A stretch of 63,571 nucleotides of DNA, filler included, from Stramenopiles sp. TOSAG23-6 (GCA_900128565.1; 29 parts of 29 records of this genome joined end to end with filler, not necessarily neighbours in it), one strand, 5' to 3'. Shown: positions 1-12,745, counted from the whole stretch's first letter. Made by a program: numbers and translations. Notes: a model not told the origin generated them from the letters alone.

Positions 1-181
1 GTAGGTTTTTTTAGTATGATTTTTTTTTTTTTTTTTTTTTAAACAAAAAAAAATTTTTTTTTTTTTTTTTGTTTTTTTTTTTTTTTTTTTTGAAACTAAA
101 AAAAATTTTTTTTTTTTTTTTTCATACGAAATTTCGTACCTAACAAACAAAAAAAAAAAAAAATATTTTTTCATACTATAT
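1..181 (+). mobile_element. Introner-like intron, GT...AT
   Basis: Starts GTAGGT, has core ATACGAAATTTCGTACCTAAC, ends AATATTTTTTCATACTATAT. The downstream exon is in frame with ORF 209. Confidence 0.65.
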
Positions 182-1945
182 GAAATTGTAAAGATTGAAT
201 TCCAAATAATGATATCAAATTTAATGGAACAAAAAAAACAGCAATTATCAACTATAAATGTACAAAAAAATTTGGCTTGTTTTTCACAATATAAAAATTG
301 TTTTATAGATTGTTCTCAAAAACAAAATGTGAAAATATATCTAAAGCAGGTTTGTCTGGATATATGCCACATCATCCCAAATCATTTGATGACGTCATTA
401 TTTATCAATACGAATAGTATACACCCTAATCATAAAACACAAACGAAAAACAATGAAATAAACCCTAACCCTACAACAGAAAATGGTCAATATCAAAATA
501 ATAAAATACATGAAACATCTTTTCCTAACCCTAACCCTAGCCGTAGTTCTAGTTACGTAGCAAATAAAGAAAAAAATGAAAAAAATGATAAAAATGAAAA
601 ACATGAAAAAAATGAAAAACATGAAAAAAAAGTTAAAATGCAAAGAAGACCATCTGTACTTGGAAATTTGGTAGATGTACATTTTCATTTCAAATTTATC
701 TTTTTTTCGTACGAAATTTCATAGCTAAACACAAAAAAAAAAAAAAAAAAAATTCATACAAAATTGTGTACCTAACCCTAACCAATTTTAAATTTTAAAT
801 TTTAAATTTGATATATTTTTTCAATAAACAGGTTGTCAGTGCACCACCTGTTGCTGTTATAGGCGCAGCTATAGATGCTGGTGTTGGTGTTGTCAACACT
901 GCTAGTGCAGTGTCTGGTAAATTGTGGAATGTAAAGAATATCTATTGATATCATTCTTTTTTTTTTTCAATTTTTTTTTTCAATTTTTTTTTTTTTCAAT
1001 TTTTTTTTTTTAAATTTTTTTTCAAATATAAAATATCACCCTCTTATAGTCCAACTATACCATATATACTATATCTACAATATAAAAATATAAATCTCAC
1101 AAAAAAAGAAATGAAATATTTTTACATACTATATGTCATTTCACAAAAAAATCGTGAAAAACAAAAAACTCCCGAACAAATCTCTGAATATCTCCGAATA
1201 CAAACACGAAAATCAGAAATTAAATTATGTACAGAAAATTTGGAAGAACATTTGGAAGAAAATTTTATTCCATGTGGATCTGAATTTATCGTACGAATTT
1301 TTATACCTGAAGATTTACGATCAAAACATGTATGTTTTTTTTTCTTGTATGATTTTTTTTTTTTTTTTGGTACGAAATTTCGTACCTAAACAAAAAAACA
1401 AAAAACAAAAAAATATTTTTTTTTCTTATGTATTTTGTTCATTTTTTGTTGTATGATTTTTTTTTTTTCCATAGAAAATTTCGTACCTAATGAATTTCTT
1501 TTTTTTAAATTATTTAAACAATGTAGGATTGGATTGGGTTATTTTCAAGTGAAACACGAAATAATGAAGAATTTCATTCTTATCGCAAAATGAGTTCAAA
1601 AAAACAAAAATTAACATCATTTGTCTGGTATAAAAAACATGCACCCAATTTTGCTGGTGTTTGGCAATTACGGTATTTTCATGTATGTGTTGATTATGAA
1701 TTTTTGAATTTTTTTTTTTTGAATTTTTTTTTCATACGAAATGTTGTACCTAACAAAAATTTTAATTTTTTTATACATATTTTTCAATGATACAGGGTAA
1801 AGATACCAACACACCACCACTAGCTGTTACAAACCTGCTTGTACAATTTGAAAGACGTAGATCCAACCCAAAGACTATAAAAGATAATCAAAGTCGATTT
1901 GGTATGAGAAAAGTTGTAGCAAAACTTACTAAGAATTTGTTATAG
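182..1945 (+). CDS. Multi-exon gene fragment with a C-terminal SKICH-like domain
   Basis: Exons 182-676, 832-930, 1135-1329, 1527-1682 and 1796-1945 join in frame. The spliced product contains RSKH|DWIGLF...APNFAGVWQLRYFH|GKD, resembling SKICH. TAG at 1943-1945. Confidence 0.55.
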
Positions 1946-2109
1946 ACGCTACAATAAATTTATTTTTCTAGTACCTGGACATGAACTTTTTATTTATTTT
2001 TTTTTTTACCAAAAAAAATTCAATTTTTTTTTTTTTTTTTTTTTTTTTCCAAAAAAAAATTTCTACCAAAAAATTTTTTTTTAATTTTTTTTTAAAAATT
2101 TTTTTAAAA

Positions 2110-2209
2110 NNNNNNNNNNNNNNNNNNNNNNNNNNNNNNNNNNNNNNNNNNNNTTAATTAATTAANNNNNNNNNNNNNNNNNNNNNNNNNNNNNNNNNNN
2201 NNNNNNNNN
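2110..2209. other. Artificial contig spacer (N-run, TTAATTAATTAA, N-run); first of about 30 in the window
   Basis: The same six-frame-stop linker flanked by Ns recurs every ~2 kb. Adjacent segments are unrelated contigs. Confidence 0.97.
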
Positions 2210-2266
2210 ATTTTGTACCTAATAAATTTTAGTTTTTTTTTTTTGAAATATTTTTTCACAATACGT

Positions 2267-3745
2267 GTGCCTTTTTATGCTGTGCCTCCTGTGTTGCTAT
2301 TATTAAATGCGTTTCCTGTTAGCGCTATTGGAAAATTAGACAGAAAGCTAGTATCATCTGAAAATGCAAGAAAATTACCCAAAATGATTTCGACAATGTC
2401 AGCGAATGAAAATTATGAAAATATTAAGGAAAATAATGAAAATAATGAAAATATTAAGGAAAATAATTATAATAATGATGATGGTGTTTGTGTATCCGAG
2501 GAAGATATTTTAAAGACTCCAATTGAACATCAATTGGCATCAATTTGTACGTTTTCCTATACAATTTCAAATTTATTTTTTTATTTTTCCTAGAAAATTT
2601 CGAATTTCAAATTTATTTTTATTTTTCCTAGAAAATTTCGTACCTAATGATTCTTTTTTCGACATATTATTTTTCACTATACAGGGGAAACATTATTAAG
2701 TTTGGATACGTCCAGTGTTGGAGCATTTGATTCTTTTTTCCTCGTTGGTGGTCATTCTTTACTCGCTGTTCGTTTATGTAGGTTTTTTTTTTTTTTTGAA
2801 TTTTTTTTTAAATTTTTTTTTATAGTTTATTTTGTACCTAACAAAAAACAATTTTTAATTTTTAAATATTTTTTTTTTTGTAGCAGCTAAAATAAAAGCA
2901 GAATTCTTTACTAAAAAAGACCCGGGTAATGAATCTTCTGTATGTTTTATGAAAAATCATTTGAAATTAAGTGACATTGTTCAAAATCCTGAATTGAGAC
3001 AAATGGCAAGTTTAATTGAAGAAAGATTAAAACTTCATAATGTAAATACAAAATCGAATACAAAATCAATACATTCTGAAACATCTAAAAAATTTAATTT
3101 TTCTATTGATATAGAAACTAAATTATCTGATGATATTTATCCTGCAGCAACACGAAAAACGGGATATTCACGAGTTCGTCCATTTCAACAAATTGAATCA
3201 AATAAGGTTCCAAATCGGATATTATTGACTGGAGCTACTGGTTTTCTCGGTGCTTTTCTATTATTAGAATTGTTATCAAATACGACAGCGACAATTTATT
3301 GTATTGTCCGTGCTAAAAATGATGATATTGCTTTCAAAAGAATAATTGATAATTTATCAAAGTATGACATGAATAATGATATTATTCTTTCAAGTATTGA
3401 AAACGATCGAATTATTGGAATCTCTGGTGATTTATCGCGTATGTTTTTGTATCATGAATTTTACTATTTATTCCTTACAAAAAATAGGTTTTTTTATTTG
3501 TGTAGTACAAAATTTCATACCTAACAAAAACAAAAACAAATTTCAATATTTTTTTTTTCCTTTATAGTAAATTTCATACCTAACAAAAACAAAAACAAAT
3601 TTCAATATTTTTTCATGATACATGTCCTTTGGTAGGATTATCCACTCGGGCGTTTCAAGAATTAGCAACAATTATTGATGTCATTATTCACAATGGTGCA
3701 GAAGTGAATTTAATAAAATCATATGAATCACTTAAATCTACAAAT
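2267..3745 (+). CDS. NRPS-like / Lys2-like enzyme fragment (adenylation C-terminus, carrier domain, thioester reductase)
   Basis: PFYAVP...GKLDRKL (end of A domain); LASIW...FFLVGGHSLLAVRL (carrier domain with phosphopantetheine Ser); ILLTGATGFLG, GDLSRPLVGLS and IIHNGAEVN (reductase). Introns 2547-2684, 2778-2883 and 3439-3623. Confidence 0.85.
3439..3623 (+). mobile_element. Introner-like intron, GT...AT, with internal tandem duplication
   Basis: Excising GTATGT...GATACAT gives GDLS-R-PLVGLS. The upstream AG leads to a stop, and the downstream AG deletes the conserved PLVG. Confidence 0.8.
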
Positions 3746-3907
3746 GTATGTTTTATTTTTTTTTTTTAACAAAAAAATCGAATTTTTTTTTCGTACGAAA
3801 TGTTGTACCTAACAATAAAATACATTTTTATAGTAATGAAAATGTCGAAAAAAAAGAAGAAGTCAATCATTTTATTGACGATGGAATTCAAGTTTCAGAT
3901 AATTCAT

Positions 3908-4028
3908 GTACATTTTCATCATTCATTTTGTTTTACGTAATTCGTGTTTTTTTTTTTTAAAAATTTTGTACCTAACAAAATATTTTGAAACATTTTCAAA
4001 AAAAAAAAAATATTTTTACACAATACAT
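3908..4028 (+). mobile_element. Introner-like intron, GT...AT, in a Ser/Asp-rich exon
   Basis: GTACAT...CACAATACAT joins DNS-S-SESSESS in frame. AT is repeated at both junctions. Confidence 0.7.
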
Positions 4029-4473
4029 CTTCTGAATCTTCTGAATCTTCTGAATCATCAAATTCTGATTCTGATTCAGATTCTGATGTTTCAATTTCCT
4101 CAGATTCGAGTGAAACGACATCTGATAGTTCTAGTAGTTCTAGTAGTGAATCATCAGACAATGAATATTTTGCTAATATCGACCTTGAAAAGTTAGTTGA
4201 ATATAAAATTTTACCCCCGGGGAAAAATGTATGTTTTATTTTTTTTTTTTTTTTTCATACGAAATATTGTACCTAACAAATTTAAGTTTTTTTTTTTGAA
4301 ATATTTTTCCAAAATANNNNNNNNNNNNNNNNNNNNNNNNNNNNNNNNNNNNNNNNNNNNTTAATTAATTAANNNNNNNNNNNNNNNNNNNNNNNNNNNN
4401 NNNNNNNNNNNNNNNNTACNAAAAAAAAATCGAACTTGAATTTTTTTTTTGAAAACATTGAAAAAAAACGTAC

Positions 4474-4984
4474 ATGCTATATTCTTTTTTCTTGTGGGTG
4501 TTTCTCGTAAAAATATAATAGATAATATGTATACTACAGCAGCAACACTTTGATATATTGCATTATTAAGTGATACTATTGTTAAAACTAGAGATCTAGA
4601 CCAAACATAATCAGACAGAAATAGACAAAAATTGAGAAGAATTGCAAAAGAGACACGTTGCTTACTAGGACAATATATTGTGTTTGTTGTTGTTCGGGTG
4701 TTTGTTATGTTGTTTGTTGTGTTGTTTGTTGTGTTGTTTGTTATGTTGTTTGTTGATGAATTGAAAATTGGTGCACACTTTGACCACTTTGAAACACACA
4801 AAGAATATAATATACGTATTGGAACAATAGGTAAAAACAGAAAATAACAGTGAATAATCCAAGTTATTGCGTACGGTTTTGGATAAGAAGTTTGTATATT
4901 CTGTACTAATTCACCAAGTGCAGCCCATGAAGACACTACAATCAGTAAACATATACTNCCATGAATAATTGAAGACACTTTCAT
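4474..4984 (-). CDS. EamA/SLC35F-like membrane transporter, 5' exon
   Basis: Multiple hydrophobic helices, YPKPYAITW and YILSIIFLRE. The exon ends at a family donor GTACGT. Confidence 0.65.
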
Positions 4985-5453
4985 TGTTGTATNTTNTTGT
5001 GTGTGATATCTTACAGTGCCTTTGAATATGAATGAATAATGAATGAACAGAGAGAGAGAGAGAGAGAGAGATTATNATTTCTCTCTGATATATTTTGAAA
5101 ACATCAAAAAAACACGGTATTCTTTTTTTTTTNTANTCTCTCTCACTCCACACAAAATAAATTGATAAATTGAAAATTTCAATATATTTTCAATCAGTTG
5201 ACTTGACGACGGATTAGTCAAAAGNAAGAAGAATTTCATGNAAATTAGTAAAAAACTAAGAGATTGATAAGGACACAGAACAATGTCATACAGTCAAATG
5301 ACAAAATAATTCAAAACTTTGAGTCGGAAATAAAAAAAATAAAAAAAAATAAACAAAACAATTTGAAATCTTTGTTGTTCATTCACGTTTTCAAAAAGTA
5401 TTCAAAAAGTATTCTTTTAAAGTATATATCATTTTTATAGTATGCCTGTTTTA

Positions 5454-5903
5454 TCAACCCAATGTATCATCATTATCAAACGCTAATGTACCGACTCCAA
5501 TAGATAAAAGTAACACAATGTTGCCGCCCATCCAGCCCCAGAATTCATAGGCTTCTGTGATCTCATCAGCATGATATAAGACTATTGGCATACCAAAAAG
5601 ACTTGAAAGAACTAATCCAGACATACAAAAACCAAACGCTTGTGTCAGTCTAACATTACACGCAACACACTCATTGTCAACACTGAGTAATAGATAGGGT
5701 AAAGCCATCATTAAATATATAAGAAAACTAAGCATTGGCCACCAATTTTTTGAAAATGCGCAGAGGAGAACCAAAATGCAAAGAGATAAACCAAANCCAA
5801 TTGAAAACACAATTATACCACAATTTTTTCTACGACCCTCTGCCATATTTCCACAACCACACTTATCACGACATCTAGATGCACACGTATCATCGTCATA
5901 CAT
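5454..5903 (-). CDS. VPS55: Vps55/LEPROT family 4-TM protein
   Basis: LVLLCAFSKNWWPML...SSLFGMPIVLYHA pattern; 149 aa, intronless. Confidence 0.75.
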   Translation of the reverse strand: MYDDDTCASRCRDKCGCGNMAEGRRKNCGIIVFSIXFGLSLCILVLLCAFSKNWWPMLSFLIYLMMALPYLLLSVDNECVACNVRLTQAFGFCMSGLVLSSLFGMPIVLYHADEITEAYEFWGWMGGNIVLLLSIGVGTLAFDNDDTLG

Positions 5904-6186
5904 TTTGCTACACCACTATTGGTTTCGTAATTTGATGAGATTTCAAGAAGAAGGGTGTTTGAAAAAAAGGAAAAAAAGAAAGAGTGATTTAGATTGTTGG
6001 AAATTTGGAATTTGGAAACACTTCACGATACACGAAATCATGAAAAAACATTTATTTTTTCATAGTAAATTTCGTACCTAACGTTTTTTCATTTTTCTAC
6101 TTTTTTTGGTGAAACAAAAATATGAGAATTGTAAACGCCATTTTTCAAAAGAATAATAATCGATGCAGATGAACTTTGGAGCATCC

Positions 6187-6260
6187 GCTTGATTAGCTCA
6201 GTCGGCTAGAGCGCACGACTGTTAATCGTGAGGTCATCGGTTCGATTCCGATATTGAGCG
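6187..6260 (+). tRNA. tRNA-Asn (GTT)
   Basis: Acceptor GCTTGAT/ATTGAGC, D-arm TAGCTCAGTCGG, anticodon arm CACGA-CTGTTAA-TCGTG, T-loop GGTTCGATTCC, followed by a T-run (Pol III terminator). Confidence 0.95.
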
Positions 6261-6675
6261 TTTCTTTTTCTTGTTGACGGCGTTAGTTACCCGGTAACAT
6301 GTTGAGTCTTTCGATCCGCTCTTGGTCGAATATATATTTTTTGACATATATTTTTTGACACAAAAATTTTTAACTCAAAAAAAAAACATATTTTACAAAA
6401 CAATAAATAATAATACTCATGAAAGTCACCTATGTGGTACATGATTTTGAGAGTACTATTGTACGCCGAATGCGCATATTGGAAGACATTGTGGATCCTT
6501 CATTAGACTATAGTTTATGTCGNNNNNNNNNNNNNNNNNNNNNNNNNNNNNNNNNNNNNNNNNNNNTTAATTAATTAANNNNNNNNNNNNNNNNNNNNNN
6601 NNNNNNNNNNNNNNNNNNNNNNTTAATTAATATCCCAAATCGGGCGTTTCTTATAATAAAATAAATTTTAGCCTT

Positions 6676-8727
6676 TCAAAACATTTCATCAGGATTCCTT
6701 CGCATAGATTGTGATGATTGTGCAAATGACGGAAATGTTCTCTGCCGTAGTTTATCTAATTCTTGCTTTAAGAATTCAGTTTCATCTTTTTGTGCTCGGG
6801 CTAAGTCCATAAGTTTGCGTCTATTAACGATACCTTTCATTTTTCGATTATTATTTTCACTAGATGTCGCTTTATTTTTATTGTTTGACTTAAACACGCG
6901 ATTTCGTGTTGTGAATGTCTGCATCATATCCTCGCCTTGCTTGATTAATCTTTCATTCTCATCCTTTTTCTTTTTTATCTGATTGTTTAGCTTCTTTTCC
7001 TCCGAAGATATTTTCCTTTTTTTCTTTTTTAGCATATTTTCCATGTGGAGTAATCTCTGCTTCCCAGTATCCATAGAAATTTTATTTTGGTCTACAACAG
7101 TCCCATGTCGAATATAATCTTGCATTTCTTTTGTCACGCGTAGCATATGTATATCTGTATAATGTGCTTCTAAATGTTTATCTCGTTCAGCGTTCCACTT
7201 TTCCTTCCAATTTAAAAGACTAAGTTCCTTACTAAATTCGCCAATATTTTCCATAATTTCTACTTTATCCATTGCTTTACTTTTTATGAATTTATTCAGA
7301 TCCTCTACTACATTACTTTGTAAAAGAATAGAATCACCTTCAATTTTATTTGATGTACTTATTCTTCCCTTATTTTTGTCTGAAATTTCGATTCTACCTT
7401 GAACTAGTTGACATATTATTGGTACATTTTTCATGTCCCTATCGCGTTTATTTCGTGTTGTTTCGACGATGGATTTGAACTCCTCAAGTTTATGATTTGT
7501 ATCTGTCTCTTCCTCGGATATCCGTTGAAGCTCAGCTTCACTTTCAGATAATGCAAACTGTGCATTCTTTAATTCCCACTCAGACAAAACTTTCTGGGAT
7601 GTCTCTTTCAGGGTGCAATGGCTTGAGTGCATCACGAAGAGTTATTGCAGATGTTTTCTTTTCACCTTGAAGACGTTTTTTGAAAAGAGAAATTAGAGAC
7701 TTCAAAGTATCATGATCAATTCCAGTTGTAGATGAGTCCTGTATAGAATGTTTAAATCCATATGCTAGTGCTTGATCTCGCTCTTTTGCTTGTGAAACAG
7801 CCGCCGATAATGCACTGGATTTACTTTTTACAATATTACGCTTATTTCTGATTTCAGTCAAATGCAACGTCTTCTTTTCAAGTCTACGATTAAGTTCCAA
7901 TAGTTTCATTTCTATTTCAGCTTTATCAGAAACATCTTTAGATAAAATACATCCATACAACTCTTCAGCTTTGACCAAAGCCAGTACCTCAAGTCGCTTT
8001 GCTTTGATTTTAGCGAGTTCTAAATCAAAATTTCGTGCAATTTCCAAAACTTCTCCTTTAAGTTTACGACACTCAAGACCAAGTGCCTTTTTATATCGTT
8101 CTTTCTCATGCTCAGCTTCTTTTACTCTCTGGTCGTATTTTTCTATCTCCTTTTTTTGTTCATCTGTCAGATCTTCTTCAGCAATTTCATCCATCCATGC
8201 TTCTCTTACAATCTGAACTTCCATGGCACTTAACGTTTTCTTCTTCTCTAATGTACCATTCATCATATCCATAAGTGCACGTGAACCTGCATCCATACCA
8301 CCTTCCTGCGCTTTCTTCAAAGCTTCTAAACGAGCTGCTTCATCTAATAATGCTTGCTGAGCTACAGTGATATATTTTTCAACTCCAACTTCAGAGACTT
8401 TTACACTTAGGACAGTTTCCTCTGGATTTTCTCCATCAACAGAGTAAGGGACAAAGTATTCATCATCTTGTTTCAATTCAGATAGAATTTCTTTAATTCG
8501 TGCATTCTTTGCAAGCATTTTTTCTTTTTCGGATTCCTTTTTCCCAGCTAAGACTGCAAATATGGCGTTGAAACCTTCTTTTTGTTGAACAACTAAGTGC
8601 TGTAACAGCAAAACTTGAAGTCGCTTCTGTCGATCAGTTCTAATCAGAGCAGGATTATAAAGTAAATCGCCCAGAGTTTCACCTGTGCTTTTATCAACAA
8701 TTAAAGCAGCTGATGCTGATGTAACGT
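6676..8727 (-). CDS. CFAP43: Cilia- and flagella-associated protein 43, C-terminal part (apparent frameshift near 7600)
   Basis: Long coiled coil with RALMDMMNGTLE and terminal LRQRTFPSF. Two overlapping ORFs (7580-8611 and 6676-7635). Confidence 0.75.
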
Positions 8728-8828
8728 NNNNNNNNNNNNNNNNNNNNNNNNNNNNNNNNNNNNNNNNNNNNTTAATTAATTAANNNNNNNNNNNNNNNNN
8801 NNNNNNNNNNNNNNNNNNNNNNNNNNNA

Positions 8829-10080
8829 TTTTGTCACTGTATTGTTGAGATTGTTAAAATTCCAGCTGAAATTATATCGACTATTATTATCAAGTATTGG
8901 CGATTCCTACAGCAGAATAATTTTAGTGATGTTGATAATGATGATGTGTTAGTATTCTTAACAAAATGTTTCGTGAATGCTTTGAAAGATAACGAAAACA
9001 AAAAAGAAACTTTTATATTTTCATCCACTTTATCATACAATATAGCAAGTATCTTAGAACTTCCTCATCGAATTTCAGATATATTTTTATCAAATGTCCT
9101 ACGACTATGGGACGATGATGAAAAACCTTCCTCATCTGAAGATAATTCTGTATTAAGAAAGGTTTTAAACATTATTGATAGATCAAATATGAAAAGCTGT
9201 AGAAAAAATAAAAGATTTTTTTCAGATAAAGGAACATTCAACCAGTGTATTTTGCAACAGCAATCCAATAAGCAATGGGGAGTACCAAGTTCAATTTTGA
9301 ACGAAATTCCAGCAGCATTATTATCAATTTGTACGGATATATCAACTTTTGTTGGTTGTGTTCATAGCTCTAAATTACTTGGAAATAACAATGAGAAATT
9401 TTTCAACTCTATAGATAATGTAGGTGTTGACATAAATATCGATGATGGAACACATTATATCGTGAATAAATTGCCAGATAAATGTATTCATTTTGTTCGC
9501 TCTGTAAATGAGTGTATAAAAATGCGTGAACAACTGAAATCAATCCTCTCAGAAAATCAGACTAAAGAAGATGAAAAAATATTGCTGTTTGGTGTTGATA
9601 CAGAGTGGGGTGATGAGAGTGGAGGATGTGCTCTTGTTCAACTAGCAACAAGCACTGATGTATGTGATTGACTTCTGTGGTGAAGAAAATGTAGATACAA
9701 TGATGCCATCAGAACATAATGCAAAACAATCCAAAATTCAATTTCTTAAATGGTTCTTTGGCAAAACAAATTTTGTGAAATTTGGTTTTTCTTTCAGGAA
9801 TGATATGACCCAATTGAACTTGATATGCCCTGGAATTAGCTCAATATCAAATTCTATCATAGATATACAATTATTGTGTAATGAATCTGGACACTCTTTA
9901 CCAGGTTTGTCTATGATTACTCAAAAATATCTTGGAAATATGATGGATAAAACAGAACAGTGTAGTGAGTGGTCACGTCGACCTTTGACTCAATCCCAAG
10001 TAAATTATGCATCACTTGACGCCTTGGTTCTATTGAAGTTAGTTACAGTAATGGTTGAAACCGGTATTGTTTTAGAATAA
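8829..10080 (+). CDS. DEDDy 3'-5' exonuclease (Mut-7/EXD3/WRN-like); frameshift near 9660
   Basis: GVDTEW (ExoI), ALVQLAT, FSFRND (ExoII) and SEWSRRPLTQSQVNYASLDA (ExoIII). Confidence 0.8.
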
Positions 10081-10189
10081 AGTTATTACGTTTCTAGAAT
10101 AATTAATTGTTTTATAGATTAAAACAATTACTCATCAATTATACGTTTAGTCAATTTCTCGCCATATTTTCTTTTAATAAGCGCAAGAT

Positions 10190-10932
10190 CTAGCAATTTT
10201 GGTCTAGTAGGTGGTTCTGGTGTTTTTTCATCGGCCAACGGTCGTTTGGGCNNNNNNNNNNNNNNNNNNNNNNNNNNNNNNNNNNNNNNCTCCTTAAAGC
10301 TCTTGATAACTTGACTCGATCCTTTGCCGCTTTATAATTTGGTGATTTTAGATATGTATTAACTACTTTATCCATTGTTTTATTCCACTTTTCATTATGG
10401 GGAAAAATATCAGAAGAAACACTTTTGGCTAAAGTATTCCCCTTCGTACTTTTTTTATTCCTTACTTGCATCTTTGCCGATGATTTGTCGCCTTTATTCA
10501 GGGGGTGAACCGCATTTACTATAGTATTAGTTTTTGGCTTCTTCGAATTTATGATCTTTTTCTTTTTCTTTAATTTATTCAGTTCCAATTGTTTTTCAAT
10601 ATTTTGAATGTCTTGATCTAATGAAGTGAGAGTAGATGCATCTTCATTTGAATCGTGTTTTAGGGCTTCACTATCAAAGTCATATCCACTGATTAACATA
10701 TGCATTTGGTCTTCCTCCTCTTTTGTTGGATGTCGGGCAGAGATGTCTATTACCGAATGAACATCCTCAGTGACTTCTGGTTTTGCTGATATCGACACAG
10801 TCACTGGTGGAGGTGGAGTCACAGATGGCGGTATACTTGATAGTGATTCTGTAGGTGCACTTGGTGCAGCGGAATTTGGTGTGTTGAAATTGCGCTTACG
10901 TCTAGCTAATGCCGTTGCCATTGGCGAGGATG
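10190..10932 (-). CDS. Hypothetical low-complexity protein fragment
   Basis: 243-aa open frame spanning an N gap; no recognisable domain. Confidence 0.45.
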
Positions 10933-11032
10933 NNNNNNNNNNNNNNNNNNNNNNNNNNNNNNNNNNNNNNNNNNNNTTAATTAATTAANNNNNNNNNNNN
11001 NNNNNNNNNNNNNNNNNNNNNNNNNNNNNNNN

Positions 11033-11185
11033 CCACTTGAAAGCTTCTTCTTTGTCTTCAGCAACACCATCACCATTTTCATAGCATTCACCAAGATGAT
11101 TTTGTGCATTGCTATTCCCTGCCTTTGCAGATTTAGTATACCGCTTGAAACGCTTGAAAGCTTGTTTTTTCTTTTTCGCGCCCAT
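11033..11185 (-). CDS. Sel1-like repeat protein, N-terminal fragment
   Basis: KSAKAGNSNAQNHLGECYENGDGVAEDKEEAFKW. Confidence 0.75.
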
Positions 11186-11416
11186 GCTGAAGCTTTATGG
11201 AATACTTTCTCTCAACTCTTTCTCTCTCACACACACACTCTCTCTCGTATCTCCAAATTCTCCAACTTTGCGTTTGATGTTTGATGTCGTTTGATGTTTG
11301 ATGGTCAAAAAAAAATGTCATTTTCAAAGTGGCCGATTTTGATTGTGTTGCAAAAGACAGGTGCTATATTTCATCCGCACGATTATTGTGTATTTAATCC
11401 CATATTATTTCTACAA

Positions 11417-12460
11417 ATGAGTAACTTTTTCAACATACTAAACTCTGATTGCTTAGGTGTGTTGATGCAATCCTATGATGTTCCAAGTCTTCTGAGTTTC
11501 CGAACAACCTCACGCACTAACAAATCCCACGTAGAGCTTTACTACACTCTAATCAAAATAAAATCGGAGGTAAAAGCGTTTTCTAAAGATGTTTCTTCTT
11601 TCCCAAAGGTTGACAATCTTCGAGCTTGGATGTATAGTTGCTCGGCAAAAAAACACCTGAAGGCTAAGATTCCAACGTTTCCCTTTGAAGCGCGTCCTGT
11701 GAATCAAGGCACATACAGAGTGAAATTTAACCAATACCATGATTATGATGCATTCATTACTAAAGATGATGATACATGGACGAATAAGGTTGATGCATTC
11801 CCAGATGATGATACATGGACGAATAAGGTTTTAGTTGCTGCTGCTGATTTTGGTGCAGCTAGACTTGTAAGCTTCACTATGTATACAGCTTACCGATGTT
11901 ATAATCAGCAATATGGACTCTATTATGTCTCAACCTTTGCATCTGAAAACTCTAAGCTAAAGTTCACACGACTTGCCACGTTCGGGTCCGGTAAATATCT
12001 CGGTGATGTTAGTGTAAATTCAAGTGGTTTAAAACACGTCTATGAACTTCTTCCAAAGACAATACAATCAGTGGTTGCTTCATTTCCAGGTAATGCTGCA
12101 AATCGAAATATATTTTTAGTTTCTACTCTCTGGAAGTCCCTAAATATGTGTACAAAATTACTCTCAATGAAATATATTACTCGTTTATATGATATTCGTT
12201 TGATACCAGATATCAAAGAGTTTCTTAGTATTGCACTTGCGACAAACAATACTAATGGACATATTAAGGAGGAGGTAGACGGTTTAGATGAACAAACTTT
12301 TGCAGGAATTCATTCAACTTTTATCCCTGACCCTCTTGAATACGTTGAAGGACCACGAATAGAAAACTCTGCGGTGAGGTTAAATTTTTTGGATAAAATT
12401 AGATTTATTGCTGAAAAAAAAAACTTTGTCCTATGTAATTCAAAACGTCGTAAATTGTAA
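11417..12460 (+). CDS. Hypothetical intronless protein with a possible F-box-like N-terminus
   Basis: Open frame (ORF track 11291-12460). FFNILNSDCLGVLMQSYDVPSLLSFRTTSR resembles an F-box. Internal duplication of DDDTWTNKV. Confidence 0.5.
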   Translation: MSNFFNILNSDCLGVLMQSYDVPSLLSFRTTSRTNKSHVELYYTLIKIKSEVKAFSKDVSSFPKVDNLRAWMYSCSAKKHLKAKIPTFPFEARPVNQGTYRVKFNQYHDYDAFITKDDDTWTNKVDAFPDDDTWTNKVLVAAADFGAARLVSFTMYTAYRCYNQQYGLYYVSTFASENSKLKFTRLATFGSGKYLGDVSVNSSGLKHVYELLPKTIQSVVASFPGNAANRNIFLVSTLWKSLNMCTKLLSMKYITRLYDIRLIPDIKEFLSIALATNNTNGHIKEEVDGLDEQTFAGIHSTFIPDPLEYVEGPRIENSAVRLNFLDKIRFIAEKKNFVLCNSKRRKL

Positions 12461-12745
12461 ACCTTCAAATAAGACTTTTTCAAACAAATCGAAAAAATCC
12501 AAATGTCAATCCAAATATTGATGTCGTCGTCGTGTAAACCAGGAGCAGATTTGTCCACGAGCAATATTTCAAAATTTGATTTTTTTTTTACGTCATATCC
12601 TACTATATATGATCTCATTCATTCTCATCTTGTAAAATATTTTAAAAAAATCAATATATAAATTTTTTTATCACAATTTCAAATTATTTTATTGTCTAAA
12701 AACATAAAAACTCAATACAAATAAAAAACATGATTAATTAATTAA

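Noticed and set aside
2110-2209. Regularly repeated TTAATTAATTAA within N-runs as a biological repeat or array
   Set aside because: It is a standard six-frame-stop linker used to concatenate contigs.
6286-6298. GTTACCCGGTAAC X-box-like inverted repeat (similar at about 31975)
   Set aside because: It is too short, and no linked target gene is visible, so a regulatory role cannot be supported.
7580-9671. Programmed frameshifting in CFAP43 and the exonuclease (also near 20155, 60090 and 62460)
   Set aside because: There is no shared slippery motif, and the assembly shows homopolymer noise, gaps and deletions, so indel errors are more likely.
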